In this document: positions 1 through 13,339 of the stretch, piece after piece
Layout: every line of letters begins with the position of its first letter
Position numbering within the stretch: the stretch's first letter is position 1
NCBI RefSeq assembly: GCF_006345805.1
Contig: NC_042998.1
Coordinates: 46,066,001-46,130,000, forward strand
Direction: 5' to 3'
Origin: Octopus sinensis
Lineage: Eukaryota
DNA: 64,000 nucleotides
Position numbers and translations under genes: made by a program
The notes under the pieces: model-generated
What the model was told of the DNA's origin: nothing
The model's input: only the letters and a program-made list of their open reading frames with translations
Databases searched by the model: none

Positions 1-1315
1 ATTCTTAATACATACCAGCAGGATCAAATGCAAATCATCATTGTGAATCTTACTGTACATTACGCAAATAGCACTTTTTCTTCTATAAGGGTGCATAATT
101 CTCTGAAATAATGAACTGTGTTTTGTCTCCTTTCAAGTTCAGTTGCCTCCCAAGTGTTTCTTACTCCACAAACCATGCACATTAGTACTTAACTTTACCT
201 TTCCTCCTGCTAAATTACTATTCTCTGCAACAACTCCCTGTTCATATTGTTATTCATTTGCAGGTGAGCTCCTGTTGAGCAGGTCCACATTAAAAGCATT
301 TTAGCCATGACCACTATTTCTTAGTTTTTGAAACTCACTCTTTCTTTTTTTAAGATGATTGGATGTAATATGTGAATTGGTTGCTATTTCTAGCAAATTG
401 TGGAGGCTTCCTTGTTGTGTTTTCCCAACAAGCATCAACTTACAGTTGTTGACATTAAACATTAATGACATTAATTTCACTGGTGTGAAAAAGGGGCTTG
501 TCATAATCATGGATGCTTCCCTCCTTCTTAGACTGAATAATAATTTTACCAAAAATCCCTTGAACAAAAATAAAACAATAACAACAACAGTAATAGCTAT
601 TAAAATGATGTCAGGAATTCCTTTTCTAATTGCATAAATGGATACAAAAAAAAAATGAAAACTATTCACTCTTGTTAACAACTTGTAAGAAATAATCAAT
701 TTGTTATGTAAAGAATTGCGTGGAGAATACCAAGATTTAATTGATATTGAAGTTAATTCTGTAGAGGTTAATTTCTGTAAGTGATCTCTACTATTGAATT
801 CCAATATACATGCTCTTTTATTCAACTTTCACAAAACTGAAATTGGTTGAATGAATTTCAATCAATCTGATTATAATGGTATTCACATAGCTGTGTTTTT
901 GTAATTTAAATAAAAGATAAAACATTCAATTATATGTGTGCTTGTATGCATGCATGCATGTATGTATATGTGCATAGTCTATTTTAGAAGTGAGAACTAT
1001 TACACTCTTAAACATCTGTTGACCATTTCCAAAACTTATAAATATGCTCCACTGAGGAGAACTCCTCTCTTATTGGATGCTGTCCTCCTTTAAACCCTGA
1101 CACTTTGGATTCCATGAGAGAACCTCAACACCTCTACATAGTTACTCAACCTACTAAGAATAACAGTCAAATCTCTCTCAAATTACTCCCTATTATTTTA
1201 AATGGTAACACATAGACGGTGATGTGCAACAAAACAGGCTAGTCATAGCTAGAATTATTTTGATCTAAAGTTTGCCTAATTGGGTTGAGCTGGGATTAAA
1301 CATCATCATCATCAG

Positions 1316-1347
<32 letters not shown>

Positions 1348-2049
1348 GCAGTAGAAGCAGTAGAAAGCTATTTTTGTGATCATTATACTGTGTACTTCCT
1401 GTACCTCTTCAAATGTTGGTCTCATAGACTTTGTTCATCAGAGCTTGCTGACTTGACTGCATTTTGTCTGTCTTCAAATATACTTGTTCTAGCTGCTTCT
1501 CTCTTTCAAATTTCTCACACTTGGTTTCTTTCTGTAAAACCAAAGTACTTAACATTAAATGCCATCCTTCATTCCCAAAACTGACACTCCCTAGAACTTT
1601 CTTCATTCCAATATATTCTTGCTGAAAAAAAATTCTTTTATCTACATATTAACAATACTACCTTCAATCAGCTTTCACCCACTTGATCCAATTAAATCTC
1701 TTGTAAATTATGAGCCAAAACTGCTGCTTTTAAAACCTGGTATACCATCTTTTGGTAAAAGTCAAGATTTTCTACAAAAAAATTTCTTGATTGTTAATTA
1801 TAAGTATACAAAGTTATAAAAATAAATCAGTTTACATTTTTTATTTCTTATGTAAATATTTATAATTACATTTTTTTTACAATAAACTTAATTACATTTT
1901 CATACATATATAATAAAATTATTTAATGTGACCTTATTAGATTACTCTCAATTCAATGTGGTTTTCAAATACAGAAAGATAGAAAGGTTCTCTGACTGAT
2001 TTTGACCTTATGCATAAAGAAGAATCCTTTTGTTTTATATATATATACA

Positions 2050-3360
2050 TACATAGGGTATAATGGATAAATTGTTGCCATTTTATATTTTTAATTTCCT
2101 GCATGTGCATTGTTTGTTTTTGATTTTGTCAACTACACAGTATAGTAGGGTCAGTTGGGCACTATCTATGAGAAAAACAGCACCATGACGCAATTCACTC
2201 TGCCAGAAATTTGGAAACGACATGCTGTACTGCATGGCATTCATGCTGGAAACTTCAATACAAACATTTCAGAGTGTTTGGGTGTCAAACTGAGGACATT
2301 GCAGTGAATGAATCTAATGGTGTTTGTGAAGGTACGGTAATTTGGAAAACTCACTCTGATCATTCTGATAAGAAAAGAACTCCTGAATTTGTTGATGAGA
2401 TCCAGACCACAATTGACAATGATCCCTCTAAGTCAATCAGGTCCATCTCCAAAGACATGGGTGTGTCTGAGTACATGAAAATATTTGGTATTCCTCATAC
2501 AAGATGAGAAAGGGCCAATTTTTATCCCACGCCATCAAGGATGAGAGGAAAGACCACATTACGAAGCTTTTGAACAAACTCAAGCATCCCTTCCAACCGA
2601 ACATGCTTTGGTTTTTCTCAGACGAGAAAAATTTCTGCCAGGATTAGATGTGAAAACACAGAACAACCGTTGGCTTGCCATGTCCCCAAAACATGTACTG
2701 AGACTGATAAAAAATCAAACATCCAGTCAATATCATGTTGTTTGGAGTGATCACTAGTGATGGCAATGTTATGCCTCCATTCATCTTCCCACATGGCCTC
2801 AGTCTCAACACGGAGGCCTACATCAAGTGCCTGGAGGAGGTAGTGCTGCCCTGGTCAAGAAGGTGGTTGCTGAAAGACTCTATGTCTGGCAACAGGACTC
2901 GGCACTATGCCACACAAACAGGAGAACCCAATCATGTCTGTCAGACAATTTCTGCGACCACATCATTCCTAACATCTGGTCACCTAACTCTCCAGGCTGC
3001 AACTCCACTTGATTATTATGTGTGGGGTGCAGTTGAGTGAGAGACGAACAAAACTCCTGGTAAAGATGAACTGAAGGCAAGAATTATGGCAGCATTCACC
3101 AACTTAAAAAGGAAGACCATCCAGAAGGATTGCAGAAGATTGTGAAATTGTCTGGAGGCTGTGGTTGAAGCCAATAACGATTTTATTGAATAAATTTACT
3201 CTTTAGTATTTCAATATATTTTATGTAATTTTAATATGTATATAATATCTGTTAAATTGAGATATCAGTGTTATTTTCATTTTTGTGTAATTTAGATGAG
3301 AATTTATTTATCCAAAAGTCATATAATCTACGGCTATCTTGAAATTATATACCCTGGTAC
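2050..3360 (+). mobile_element. Decayed Tc1/mariner DNA transposon, DD37D (maT-like)
   Basis: Broken transposase with FSDEKNF (~2616), QQDSALCH and WSPNSPGCN/DYYVW. 37 residues separate the 2nd and 3rd D after correcting one frameshift. Ends are degenerate, so the bounds are approximate. Confidence 0.85.
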
Positions 3361-5404
3361 AAAACTGGTCTACAAATTAGAACACGTATCTACTTTTCTG
3401 TATTAAAATATATTTTACTTTCTCTGTCTGTCTGTCTCTTTCTTTTCACTGGTTACTTTATTGATTTTTTTTCAGTAGTTATTTTATATTACTTTTGACA
3501 ATATGAAATTTTTAACTCTGTAAACTTTGTAGTGAAAGTTTGATTAGCTGTCTTTGGAGAACATTTGTAACAAGTTTATTTTTCTCTTCTGCTCTTTTTG
3601 TAAACATTCATTCTCTAGACAAGTAACATATGTTTTCCATATTATATTTCACCAGTACATCTTATTATAGAAAGCTCTTTCGTTCATCGCTCATTATGTG
3701 TTTTGCATGACCTGTATTTCTCATTCATTTATTTTCTTTTAATGTTTTTAACAATATTCTCTTTATGGGAATGTTTCTCTGAAAGCAACACAGAAAATAT
3801 TTGACATACAGAAAATTTCTTTATTTGTCGACAAACTATTTTTCTCTGTGTCATTCTGATAGTATTCACACAAAGCTTCTGTTTTTTCCTTGATAAAGTT
3901 ATCACAGAGATTTTACTGTAGTTATTGTAGCTTCTGTTTAACTCCTGATCATCCCCAATCAAGATTACAGAAACCTATGACCCAAAGCATTTCAGCTATG
4001 GTCATCATCTTTTTCCAGATGTAGCAAATCAAGGGTTACATTATACAATGTCCTTTTTAGTATTTTTTTTAAAAAAAGGACTTTGTAGTGTGAAGTGAAG
4101 GAGATTTGGCTGTTATTTCTTCTGGTAGAATCAACATTTCTTATCAAACATTGAGCGAGTGGTAGACAAAATCAATACATTATCAGTTTTGTGTTAACTG
4201 GGTCTTCTAGTTTGCCTAATGGTTTATTCAACAACTGTTTGAAGTAAGCTGTTAAGCAAAACTAGAAACCCCTGTCAACACCACCTTAATGATAAATTTG
4301 ACTCTACTCTGACTATTGAATTAGTAAATGTTCCCTTGTTATTCTTAAACAAGCTTTAAAATAACTGCCATTTATATTTTTGAAAGGAGAGGTACTGTAT
4401 TCGTTTGTGTATAAGCTACACCTCTAATGTGTTAAATCTTGGTATAAAATATTTTCCCTTTATCCCTGTAGCATTCAGATCCCTTTGTCAAATGTAATAC
4501 TTATTTACTCACATTGTTTTGAATGAATCATGCATTATCTCATAGCTTCGATGATGTGATTGTTTACCTTTAGAATGACATTGTAGGGTAGGTACAAGAG
4601 GCTAGATCTGGCTGGTTTGAACATAAAACAGGTAGCATACTTGGTCTGGATATGGCTGGTTTAAATACTAAAGGGTTATAGTTTTTGTTTTGTCCTGTAT
4701 ATAAGTTGCATCCCAGTTTTTTTTCAGTTAAAATCAATTATAAAATAGTGTGACTTATAATTGAGTAAATATACTATATTTACTTAAATTGATCTTTGTA
4801 TACAACTGGTACTTATTTTATTAATATCTTCGAGAGTGATTAGTAGAAAAATGCAACACACAGATTTTAATTCACTCCTAAAATTGAATATTTTCTTTAA
4901 ACTTGGGAAGTTTCTTTCCAAGGTGAAGACCTGACCAATATTTTCATGCCTATGTCTGCTAATCTACCCTCACAACTCCACCAATGCTAGCCAAGGGAGA
5001 GTCAAGGGTTGGTTCAGTTTAATACCTGTGTTATCAAGACAATGCCATCAGAATGCTAAGAGCCAGAACATCTACTGTAAAGCATCTTGACAACTGTTAG
5101 ACTGGTACTTTATTGATGCCCAGGAGAGGAAAGGCAAAATTGACCTTAGCCAAAATTTGAACTTAGATATAAGAACAAATACTGCAAGGTATTTTTTCTG
5201 ATGCTCAAATGACTCTTCAAATTTGCTGCTTTATTGTAACAAGGATAAGGTTAAATTAATATAAGGCAGTTAATAATATGCAATAAATTATGTTGTGTAT
5301 AAGACTGCTTCTGTCTTATTATACATGGAGGACAAATATAGAAATCAGGCTTGGAAACACTGGTTTAGACACGATTAGATATCTGTATTTCTTTCTTCAG
5401 TTTT

Positions 5405-6515
5405 AATGCTGTGACTGTTGAGGACATGTGAAGTTTTGAAAGAAATGAAACCAGTATGCTCTGCTGGATGGGTAACGTCAGTGTACATATACAAAAGAGG
5501 GATCTTTTCGGTTTGAACAGCAGTTTTTAAAAATAATTTCCACGTAACTAAACACCTTTAAACTTCGTATACTGGTAGAATGTGTTTATAAAACATTTTT
5601 TTCTCTTGGCTTTATTGAGAAAATTCTATAGTTTGTAAGATATTTGTTGTTTTTTTCTTCAATTTCTGTAATTTCAATCAATCAATGACGTCTATTGAGT
5701 TGAAAACATTCTGTGCCGTATGAATATGTCTCTCGTTTAAGAAACAGATTGGGTTTATTTACATTTCTGAAGAAAAAAAGATACCCTTCCCCCCACCCCT
5801 AACCCTAACCCTAAAACAGATTGAAATGCAATAAATCGATACTAGGGTCATAATTATGGGTGACAATTTCGTATGACACCGCTAGAAAAACTGCCGTTCA
5901 AACCGAAAAGATCCCAAAAGAGTGTAAGTGATTTGAGAGAAAAACTGGGTATATGGGGCATCAGACATAGTGTGCAAGAGAGAAAGAAGACTGCATTGAT
6001 ATGGTCATGTAATGCATATGACTGAAGTCAGTTTCATCAAGAAGTGTGAAGCTCTAACTGTTGAGGGAACATAATGTGGGAGGGGTAGACTTAGGAAGAT
6101 GTTGAATGCAGTGGTGAGAGGATTTTCAGATGTTGGACCTCGCAGAGGGGATGACAGGAGACCAAAACTTCTGGCAGTTTGCTGTGCTTGACAAGACATC
6201 TCGAGCTAAGTAAATATGTGGTCATCCTTGCATACAGACATGTTGTCTGCATTCCTCTTCAGCTGAGCATACCTAATCTTGTGGACTAATTGGTGCTAGT
6301 GCCATGTAAAAAACGTGTGCTAGTGCCATGAAAAAAAAAACACTGAAGCTAGTGCTGTATAAAAGCATCCGGTACACTCTGTAAAGTGGTTGGTGTTAGG
6401 AAGGGCATCTAGCCATAGAAATCATACTGAAACAGACAGCTGACCAGCTGCTGTCGGTCAGACCATCCAACCCATGCCAACATGGAAAATGGTTGTTAAA
6501 TAATGATGATGAAGG
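5405..6515 (+). mobile_element. Old 3' fragment of the RTE-type LINE family, interrupted by a MITE
   Basis: AVTVEDM..RNETSMLCWMGNVSVH aligns with WAVTAEDMRKLARNEASMLRWMCNVSVH of the 45.6-kb LINE. Continues after 5922 and ends in the shared tail with (atg)n. Confidence 0.75.
5500..5914. mobile_element. MITE with 29-bp TIRs and 8-bp TSD (Merlin-like)
   Basis: TIR GGATCTTTTCGGTTTGAAC(A/G)GCAGTTTTT with 1 mismatch. TSD CAAAAGAG at 5492-5499 and 5915-5922. GG-starting TIRs with 8-9 bp TSD are typical of Merlin. Confidence 0.8.
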
Positions 6516-6769
6516 ATAAAAACTAACAAATGATGCGATAATTCATTCCTCCGGCTATGAACAGAAACAACTATATAAACAAAGGTCACAATAATGACAT
6601 GCAATTTGAATTTAGTATATTAGAGTCTCAGTTTCTTTGTGATTTGTTATAATAGGTTGGCTAACATAGTTTAAGTTTAGTGTCACTATCTATGTTGCAA
6701 TGAAACTGTTTTGTTATGGTCAGATGTTTTATGTTTATTTGAATCAGGAAATGATTTTTGTGTTATGTT

Positions 6770-6800
<31 letters not shown>

Positions 6801-7804
6801 TTTCAAATTTTTGCCACAAGGACAGCTTGGGAGAGGTGGGGATGAGTCAATTATATCGACCCCAGTGTTCAGCTGGTACTTATTTTATTGACTCCGAAAG
6901 AATGAAAGGCAAAGTCGACCTCAGTGGAGTTTGAACTCAGAATGTAGGGACAAGCGAAAAACTGCTAAGAATTTTGTCCAGCTTGCTACCTTAATAATAA
7001 TAATGATGATGATAATCCTTTCTATTATAGGCATAAGACCTGAAAATTTTTTTGCGGGAGGGGTAAGTTGATTACATCGACCTCAGTGTGTAGCTGGTAC
7101 TTATTTAATCGACTCCAAAAGGTTGAAAGGCAAAGTTGACCTTGGCAGAATTTGAACTCAGAACATAAAAATAGGTAAAATGCTGCTAAGCATTTTGCCT
7201 GGCGTGCTAATGATTCTGCCAGCTTGCCACCTTCATAATAATAATAATAGTAATAATAATGATGATGATGATGATAACCCTTTCTTCTCTAGGCACAAGA
7301 CCCAAAAATTTTGAGGGAAGGGGCTAGTCAATTGCATCAACCCCAGTGTTCAACTGGTACTTATTTCATCAATCCCAAACAGCTGAAAGACAAAGCTGAC
7401 TTCAGTAGAATTTGAACTCAGAATGTAAAGATGAATGAAATTTTTACTATTTTTATTAAGACATAGTTTGTCTAGGGCTACATTATTCAAAGAACTCTTC
7501 CTCTTGACAGGGATTTGGCTAATATTTGTAGCAGGGAGTGGCTGCATACAAAATTCCTTATTGATTCTTTGAAGTGTAGTGTTGTCATTTAATTCTGGGT
7601 TATCCATACCAAACAGACTTATCAAAAATGTTCCAGTTGTGACTATATCACTTTTTTCCTTCTTTCAGCACTTGGAAACTGATTTATGCCAATTGGCTCA
7701 TAGAAGAAACTGCAAGCCTATTTGGTATTAGAAGTAGCAATATCGTAAACTTTTGACCTGAATATAGCAAATGCTGATGTTTTTGTTGTACACACACACA
7801 TGTA

Positions 7805-7985
7805 CACGCGCACACAGGGGGAGAATTTACAAAAAAACAAAAGACGAAGACAGGTGGTGTAGACAACAAACAGATATATTAGTATAACGATCAGGAAGTG
7901 AAAAAGTCTTTAATGTGTTGAGCCTACGCTGTTCCACAGAAATGAACACAGAAACAAACAAGGAGAGAAAATAAAGAGTGTGTAG
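7805..7985 (-). mobile_element. Degenerate solo PLE-like terminal repeat (same family as 41625-41830)
   Basis: Reverse complement aligns by eye with 41650-41820 (..ttctgtg..tttctgtggaacagcgtaggctc..gactttttc..cctga.cg.tatactaat..). Confidence 0.6.
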
Positions 7986-8053
7986 AATATAAAAGGTCAG
8001 AGTTCAAACCATCCTGTATACACAAACTTATTAATACTTTCAATACTACAAAG

Positions 8054-9980
8054 CTTAGGTTTTATACCAACTCCCCCATGCAATTTCCTCCCACCCGGTG
8101 CAACCTGTCGGCTCCAGCACATCCCGCTTTCCTATATGTGCGTGTATATGCGTATGTGTGTGTGTATGTATATGTATGTGCACATATGTGTACGTATATG
8201 TACATATATATATATATATATGTGCGTGTGTGTGTGTGTGGGTGTGTGTATGTGCATATATGTTTCCCTGCATTTTCCTCCTATATATACAAATTTTGTC
8301 TCCCATACATGACTTCTTTTCCCTAAATATTTCTTCTCCTACACCCATGTCCTTCCTATATAGTCTCTTTACTTCCCTATATCTATACCCTTTCACATTT
8401 CTAACTCGGATGTTGAACGCACACCGCCAAACTCCACTTCCCACCCTTCCATTTTCAGTCCCCCCCGCCCGCCCCTACGTGGGCACTTTAACACACACTT
8501 CTAACTTTCAACACCTTCATCTCATGTTAAATTATATTTTTATCTTATTTTACTTTATTTTTATTTTTACTTTTATTCTACTTCCATTATTCTCATTTTC
8601 ATTTTCATCCCTTACCTTAACTCTTATAATTTTTATATTTCATTTCTAACTATTACATTGTATTTCTTATTTTATACTGTATTTCTTACTTTTATTTCTA
8701 ATTTTTACCCTTACCCTCATTCTTACCCCTAACTTATCGCTTTACATCTCTATATATGTTTATTTACTTACCTATGGATCCACTTTTGACTATACGAGCG
8801 TCCGTGTACGTGTGTATACGCATACATACATATGCGCGCGCACATATGTACATGCATATTTTGATATCTTATAGCTATACCCATATGTCTCTGTGTGTGT
8901 GTGTAGGTGTATATGTGCACGCGCATACGTACACACAGCCGTGTGTGCGTGCACATATGGACGCGATCCCTTACATACGCTCCTATATACATCCTTTAAT
9001 ATCTTATACCTAGACCTGGAAGCGTGGGCATATGCGTGTGTGTATGTGGGGATGGGCGCGCGTATGTACATGTGAGTGTGTACACGTATAGTGTCCGTGT
9101 ATACATGCGGATATTCTGTTGTATGTATGTGTGTGTACGCACGTGCGTGTGGGTGTGTGTGTGTTTATATACATGTTTACACGCGAGTGCGTGTGTATGC
9201 TTATAGGCTTGGAGGCGTATATGTACGCGTGTATATGGGTGTATGTATCCATGTTGGTATGTATGTACTAGAAGTCCAAATAATTCAAGGAACCAGATTA
9301 AACGCTCAACAGCTCTGATTTACAACGCATTAGGTCCCCAGACGAAACTGTTGATTTACTGACAATTCTACAAACTAATTTTATCAATCTCCTGACCACC
9401 ATGCTTGGTCCGTAACCTCTATACATCCCTTATCTTTATATTTCTTTATTTTGTTACATTTTTATCATGTTTTTTACTTTTATTTCTATTTCTATTTTTA
9501 CTTTATAACCTTATGCTTTACATTTATTATATTTCTTTATATTTCTTTATATTCTTTATACCCCCTTTACATCTCCTTATATCTCTTTATATCTTTATGC
9601 TCTACATTTTTATATTTTTCTATACTTACACTTTTTATACATTTTTTATCCCTCGTCCTGAATTCTCGCGCCTCCATCTTAACGTATATACATGTATTTA
9701 TTTATTTACATTACTTCAACATCCAATTTTCCTCATCCTACATTGAGAGAAGAAAGAGATGGACGCTTCAATTCTATGCTGCTGCCGCATTATGTCGTAC
9801 GCGAATGGGAGGATTTGCATCCCCAACCAAGAATTTTTGATGTAACACATGTCCTTGTGGAAGCTGTTGTGCGCGGCTGAAGAAGGCCACAGACATACAT
9901 TATGCATTGTTATAAATCTGTCTAATAAAGGCCCGAAACATATGTACCGCTGAATCCTTCGCATCATGTTTTTATTTTGA
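8054..9980 (+). mobile_element. Non-coding Penelope-like element remnant (microsatellite-rich body, terminal repeat with hammerhead motif)
   Basis: Pyrimidine-rich + strand interleaved with TG/TA tracts, ending in a hammerhead motif and abutting (TA)n. Same architecture as the 3' part of 11582-15800. The 5' bound is approximate. Confidence 0.65.
9873..9950 (+). ncRNA. Type I hammerhead ribozyme motif with intact catalytic core
   Basis: GCGG-CUGAAGA-A-GGCC..(41 nt with ACAGA/UCUGU stem)..GGCC-C-GAA-ACAUAUGU-A-CCGC. Stem I 4 bp, stem II GGCC/GGCC, palindromic stem III. Predicted cleavage after A9946. Confidence 0.8.
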
Positions 9981-9983
9981 TCA

Positions 9984-10102
<119 letters not shown>

Positions 10103-11659
10103 TATCATCATCATCATCATTATTTAACACTCGTTTTCTATGCTGGCTTTTTTGAATGCTTTGATCAGAGCTGGTAAGCTGGAAAGCTGTATCAGGCTGC
10201 AGTTGTCTGTTTTTGCTTGATTTCTACAGCTGGATGCCCTTCCTAATGCCAACCACTTTACAGAGTATACTGGGTGTCTTACATGTCACTGGTACAGGTG
10301 TCTTTTTATGTCACCGTATGTCACCACCATGGGTACCTTTTATGTGTTACCTGAAGGAGTACCCTTTTATGTATGTATGTATGTATGTATGTACGTATGT
10401 GTGTGTGTGTTTGTATGTGTGTGTAAACATATTTGTATGTATATATACACGTGTGTGTGTTTATGTTTGCATATATGTATGTATATATGTGTGTGTGTGT
10501 GTATGTCTTTTGATTATTTTATCTGTTTTTCCATACTAGCATGGGTCGCATGAATACATATTATTGAGACGTTGCTTTACAGCAGGATACTTTTCCTGTC
10601 GCAAACCATTGCCTGTTTTTCAAGTAAGGGACTTTTTTTTGTATTCCACCCATTTGTGAAAGCACAAAACTTGTGACTGATTTGTTAACTGGAAATTGAC
10701 AACAGAATTCATTGTTTGTAGCAAAGCCCAAACAGTAAATATTCATGAAATCATATGTGCACACACATACACACTCTCACACACATGCACACTCTCACAC
10801 ACATGCACACTCTTACACACATACAAGATGGGCTTCATAGAGTTTCCCCATACCAAATTTACTCATAAGGCATTGGTTAGCCCCCCCCCCCCAAAAAAAA
10901 AACAATTCTTTGAAATGAAAGATGGTGGTCTCCCAGATCAGAGGCTATTAGCAAGCCTGAATAGGTAATTAATTAATTTTATCTTAGGCACAGTTTTTGT
11001 AACAGTGAGAGTAACTCATTGTAGAGTGGAGAATGGTTTTTGGCAGTTGGGTTCAGCTTAGCAAACTTCTCTGTGTAATCATTCAAACCGGTCCATTTCT
11101 TGATGAATGAATGAGCTTGGAGGTTGTCATGTCAGGAGCAGAATCCTCCTGGTTATTAACTTCAATGTTAATTTTCTTTTTCTTGTATTGCTTTTATGAC
11201 ATTCTTAAAGTGATTCAGCTGTCCCCTTCTTGTTCAGTTCCCCTCTCTCTGCTGACTGTAGAGAATTTGCTGGGGGGGGGGTCACCTGACTGCTATTTCA
11301 AGCATACATCCTGTTTATCGAAAGCAATTTTCGAAATGGTTACTTCAATGCTCTCTTTACTCTTTTACTTGTTTCAGTCATTTGACTGTGGCCGTGCTGG
11401 AGCACTGCCTTTTAGTCAAGCAAATCGACCCCAGGGCTTATTCGTTGTAAGTCTAGTACTTATTAAATCAGTCTCTTTTGCCGACCCGCTGAGTTATGGG
11501 GACATAAACACACCAGCATTGGTTGTCAAGCGATGGTCGGGAGACACACACAGACACACAAACATGTATACAAGCTGTGATATATGGCCTGTAATTGCTC
11601 CACTGAACTCATTTCCCTATACCTCGACCGCATCCTGTCCCCCCTAGTCGCAGCCCTCC

Positions 11660-13093
11660 CATATACACGACACCAACCACGCCCTCCGTCTCTTCAATTC
11701 CTTTTCCTTCCCTTCCAGCCCCTCACACCTCCTCTTCACATTAGATGTAAAATCCCTGTACACTGTGATTCCCCACAATGACGGTCTCCTAGCCCTCCAA
11801 CACTTCGTCGACCGTCGTCCCGACCCCACCCCTAGCACCCCCACCCTCCTCCGCTTGGCTGAGCTCGTCCTCACCCTCAACTGCTTCACGTTCGCCGGGG
11901 AAACGTACCAACAGGTGTCCGGGGTTGCGATGGGAACTAGGATGGGCCCCAATTTCGCCAATCTCTTTCTTGGCTACATTGAGGCCCAAGTATTCTCCCA
12001 GTTCTCCGGGCCGACCCCCGAACTATACGGTTGCTATATAGACGACTGCATAGGTGCCACCTCCCTTTCCCGCGAACTCCTCTGCCAATTCATCTCTTTC
12101 CTTTCCAACTTTCACCCGTCTCTTCAATTCATCTCCACCATCTCCAATACCTCTGTCAACTTCCTTGACATCTCTCTCCGTATCGACCACCCCTCCAACT
12201 CTCTCACCACCTCCGCCTTCTTTAAACCTACGGATTCCCACCTCTATCTCAACTTCTCCTCCTCCCACCCCTTCCACACCAAACGAGCCATCCCCTACTC
12301 CCAGTTCCTCCGCCTCCGACGTTTGTGCAGCCGCGACCAGGATTTCGAGACCCAATCTCAATACCTGGCCCGCCTGTTCAGACTCCGAGGTTACCCACCC
12401 ATACTCATCTCTAATGCTCTCACCCGCGCCCGACGCATCGACCGCACCACCGCCCTGTCTCCTTCCCCCCCCCCCAACCGCACCCCCTTCCCCCTCCTTT
12501 TCCACCCCTCTACCCTACCCCTTCGTCGCAAGATACTACGTGCCTTCCGTCGCCTCCAGCTTGATCCCACAACCCGCCCCATTTTCCCTAACCCACCCCT
12601 GTCCTCCTTCAAACGAGCCCATAATCTACGGGACCTCCTGGTCCACAGTACCCTCTCTCCTTCCCCCTCAGCCCCACACGGATCATTCCCTTGCTCTAGA
12701 TCCCGTTGCAACACTTGCCCCTTCATCACCAACACCACTGCTGTCACCGGCTTCAACCGGCGCACTGTACGTATTAGGCACTCTTTTACGTGCACCTCGT
12801 CTGGCCTCATTTACTGCATTAAATGCAACCTATGCGGGATGCTGTATGTAGGACAGACGGGACGCCGGTTGTCCGATCGATTCACAGAACATTTGAGGGA
12901 CGTTCGCCTACACTCCCTTTCTCCTATCGCACGCCACTTCCGCTCGGCCAGCCATTCCCTAGATGACATCTCAGTGTTTGGTCTCGCCCCCCACAATGGC
13001 CGTCCTCTTTCTAGGCTCCACTTGGAGCAACGCTACATCTTCACCCTACAAACCACTACCCCACACGGACTTAACACAGCCCCCTCCTCCTAG
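11660..13093 (+). CDS. PLE polyprotein fragment (reverse transcriptase C-terminal part + GIY-YIG endonuclease)
   Basis: The 442-aa ORF 11765-13093 extends upstream in frame (HDTNHALRLFNSF..LFTLDVKSLYTVIP). The N-terminal RT motifs (ACNCSTELISLYLD) are in another frame at 11584-11660. Confidence 0.9.
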   Translation, partial: HIHDTNHALRLFNSFSFPSSPSHLLFTLDVKSLYTVIPHNDGLLALQHFVDRRPDPTPSTPTLLRLAELVLTLNCFTFAGETYQQVSGVAMGTRMGPNFANLFLGYIEAQVFSQFSGPTPELYGCYIDDCIGATSLSRELLCQFISFLSNFHPSLQFISTISNTSVNFLDISLRIDHPSNSLTTSAFFKPTDSHLYLNFSSSHPFHTKRAIPYSQFLRLRRLCSRDQDFETQSQYLARLFRLRGYPPILISNALTRARRIDRTTALSPSPPPNRTPFPLLFHPSTLPLRRKILRAFRRLQLDPTTRPIFPNPPLSSFKRAHNLRDLLVHSTLSPSPSAPHGSFPCSRSRCNTCPFITNTTAVTGFNRRTVRIRHSFTCTSSGLIYCIKCNLCGMLYVGQTGRRLSDRFTEHLRDVRLHSLSPIARHFRSASHSLDDISVFGLAPHNGRPLSRLHLEQRYIFTLQTTTPHGLNTAPSS

Positions 13094-13099
13094 GTTTTT

Positions 13100-13308
13100 T
13101 TTTTTTTTCTTTCGGATATACACCCCCCCACACACACACCTACCTACATCCCACACGCCTGTTCAAACACACATACGGATACACATCTACGTACACGCAT
13201 TCATACATCTAATCACACATACTTACAGACACACATGCACACACTAACATACAAACCAACACGCACATACATACACACATACATACATACACACACACAT
13301 ACATACTT

Positions 13309-13339
<31 letters not shown>

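Noticed and set aside
301-825. 174-aa minus-strand ORF
   Set aside because: No recognisable domain, non-ATG start and no convincing splice context; left unannotated, though a decayed coding origin cannot be excluded.
1409-1606. Coiled-coil-looking minus-strand ORF (KETKCEKFEREKQLEQ..)
   Set aside because: Short, with no recognised homology and no linked exons.
3665-3720. Minus-strand CAUAAUGAGCG..CGAAAGAGCUUUC resembling a hammerhead
   Set aside because: Core and all stems too degenerate to support.
7350-7680. Minus-strand ORF (DNPELNDNTTLQRINKEF..) and a + strand acceptor-like site at ~7668
   Set aside because: The ORF runs into a SINE, shows no recognisable domain, and no consistent exon could be built.
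9300-9356. TCAACAG..GACGAAACTGTTGA pairing around GAAA
   Set aside because: No CUGANGA core; not called a ribozyme.
10960-11647. 178-aa + strand ORF and coding-like minus-strand text
   Set aside because: The + ORF reads through a SINE; the minus frame has several stops and no identifiable family.
11644-13247. Alternative-frame and antisense ORFs over the PLE
   Set aside because: By-products of the C-rich, stop-poor PLE coding strand.
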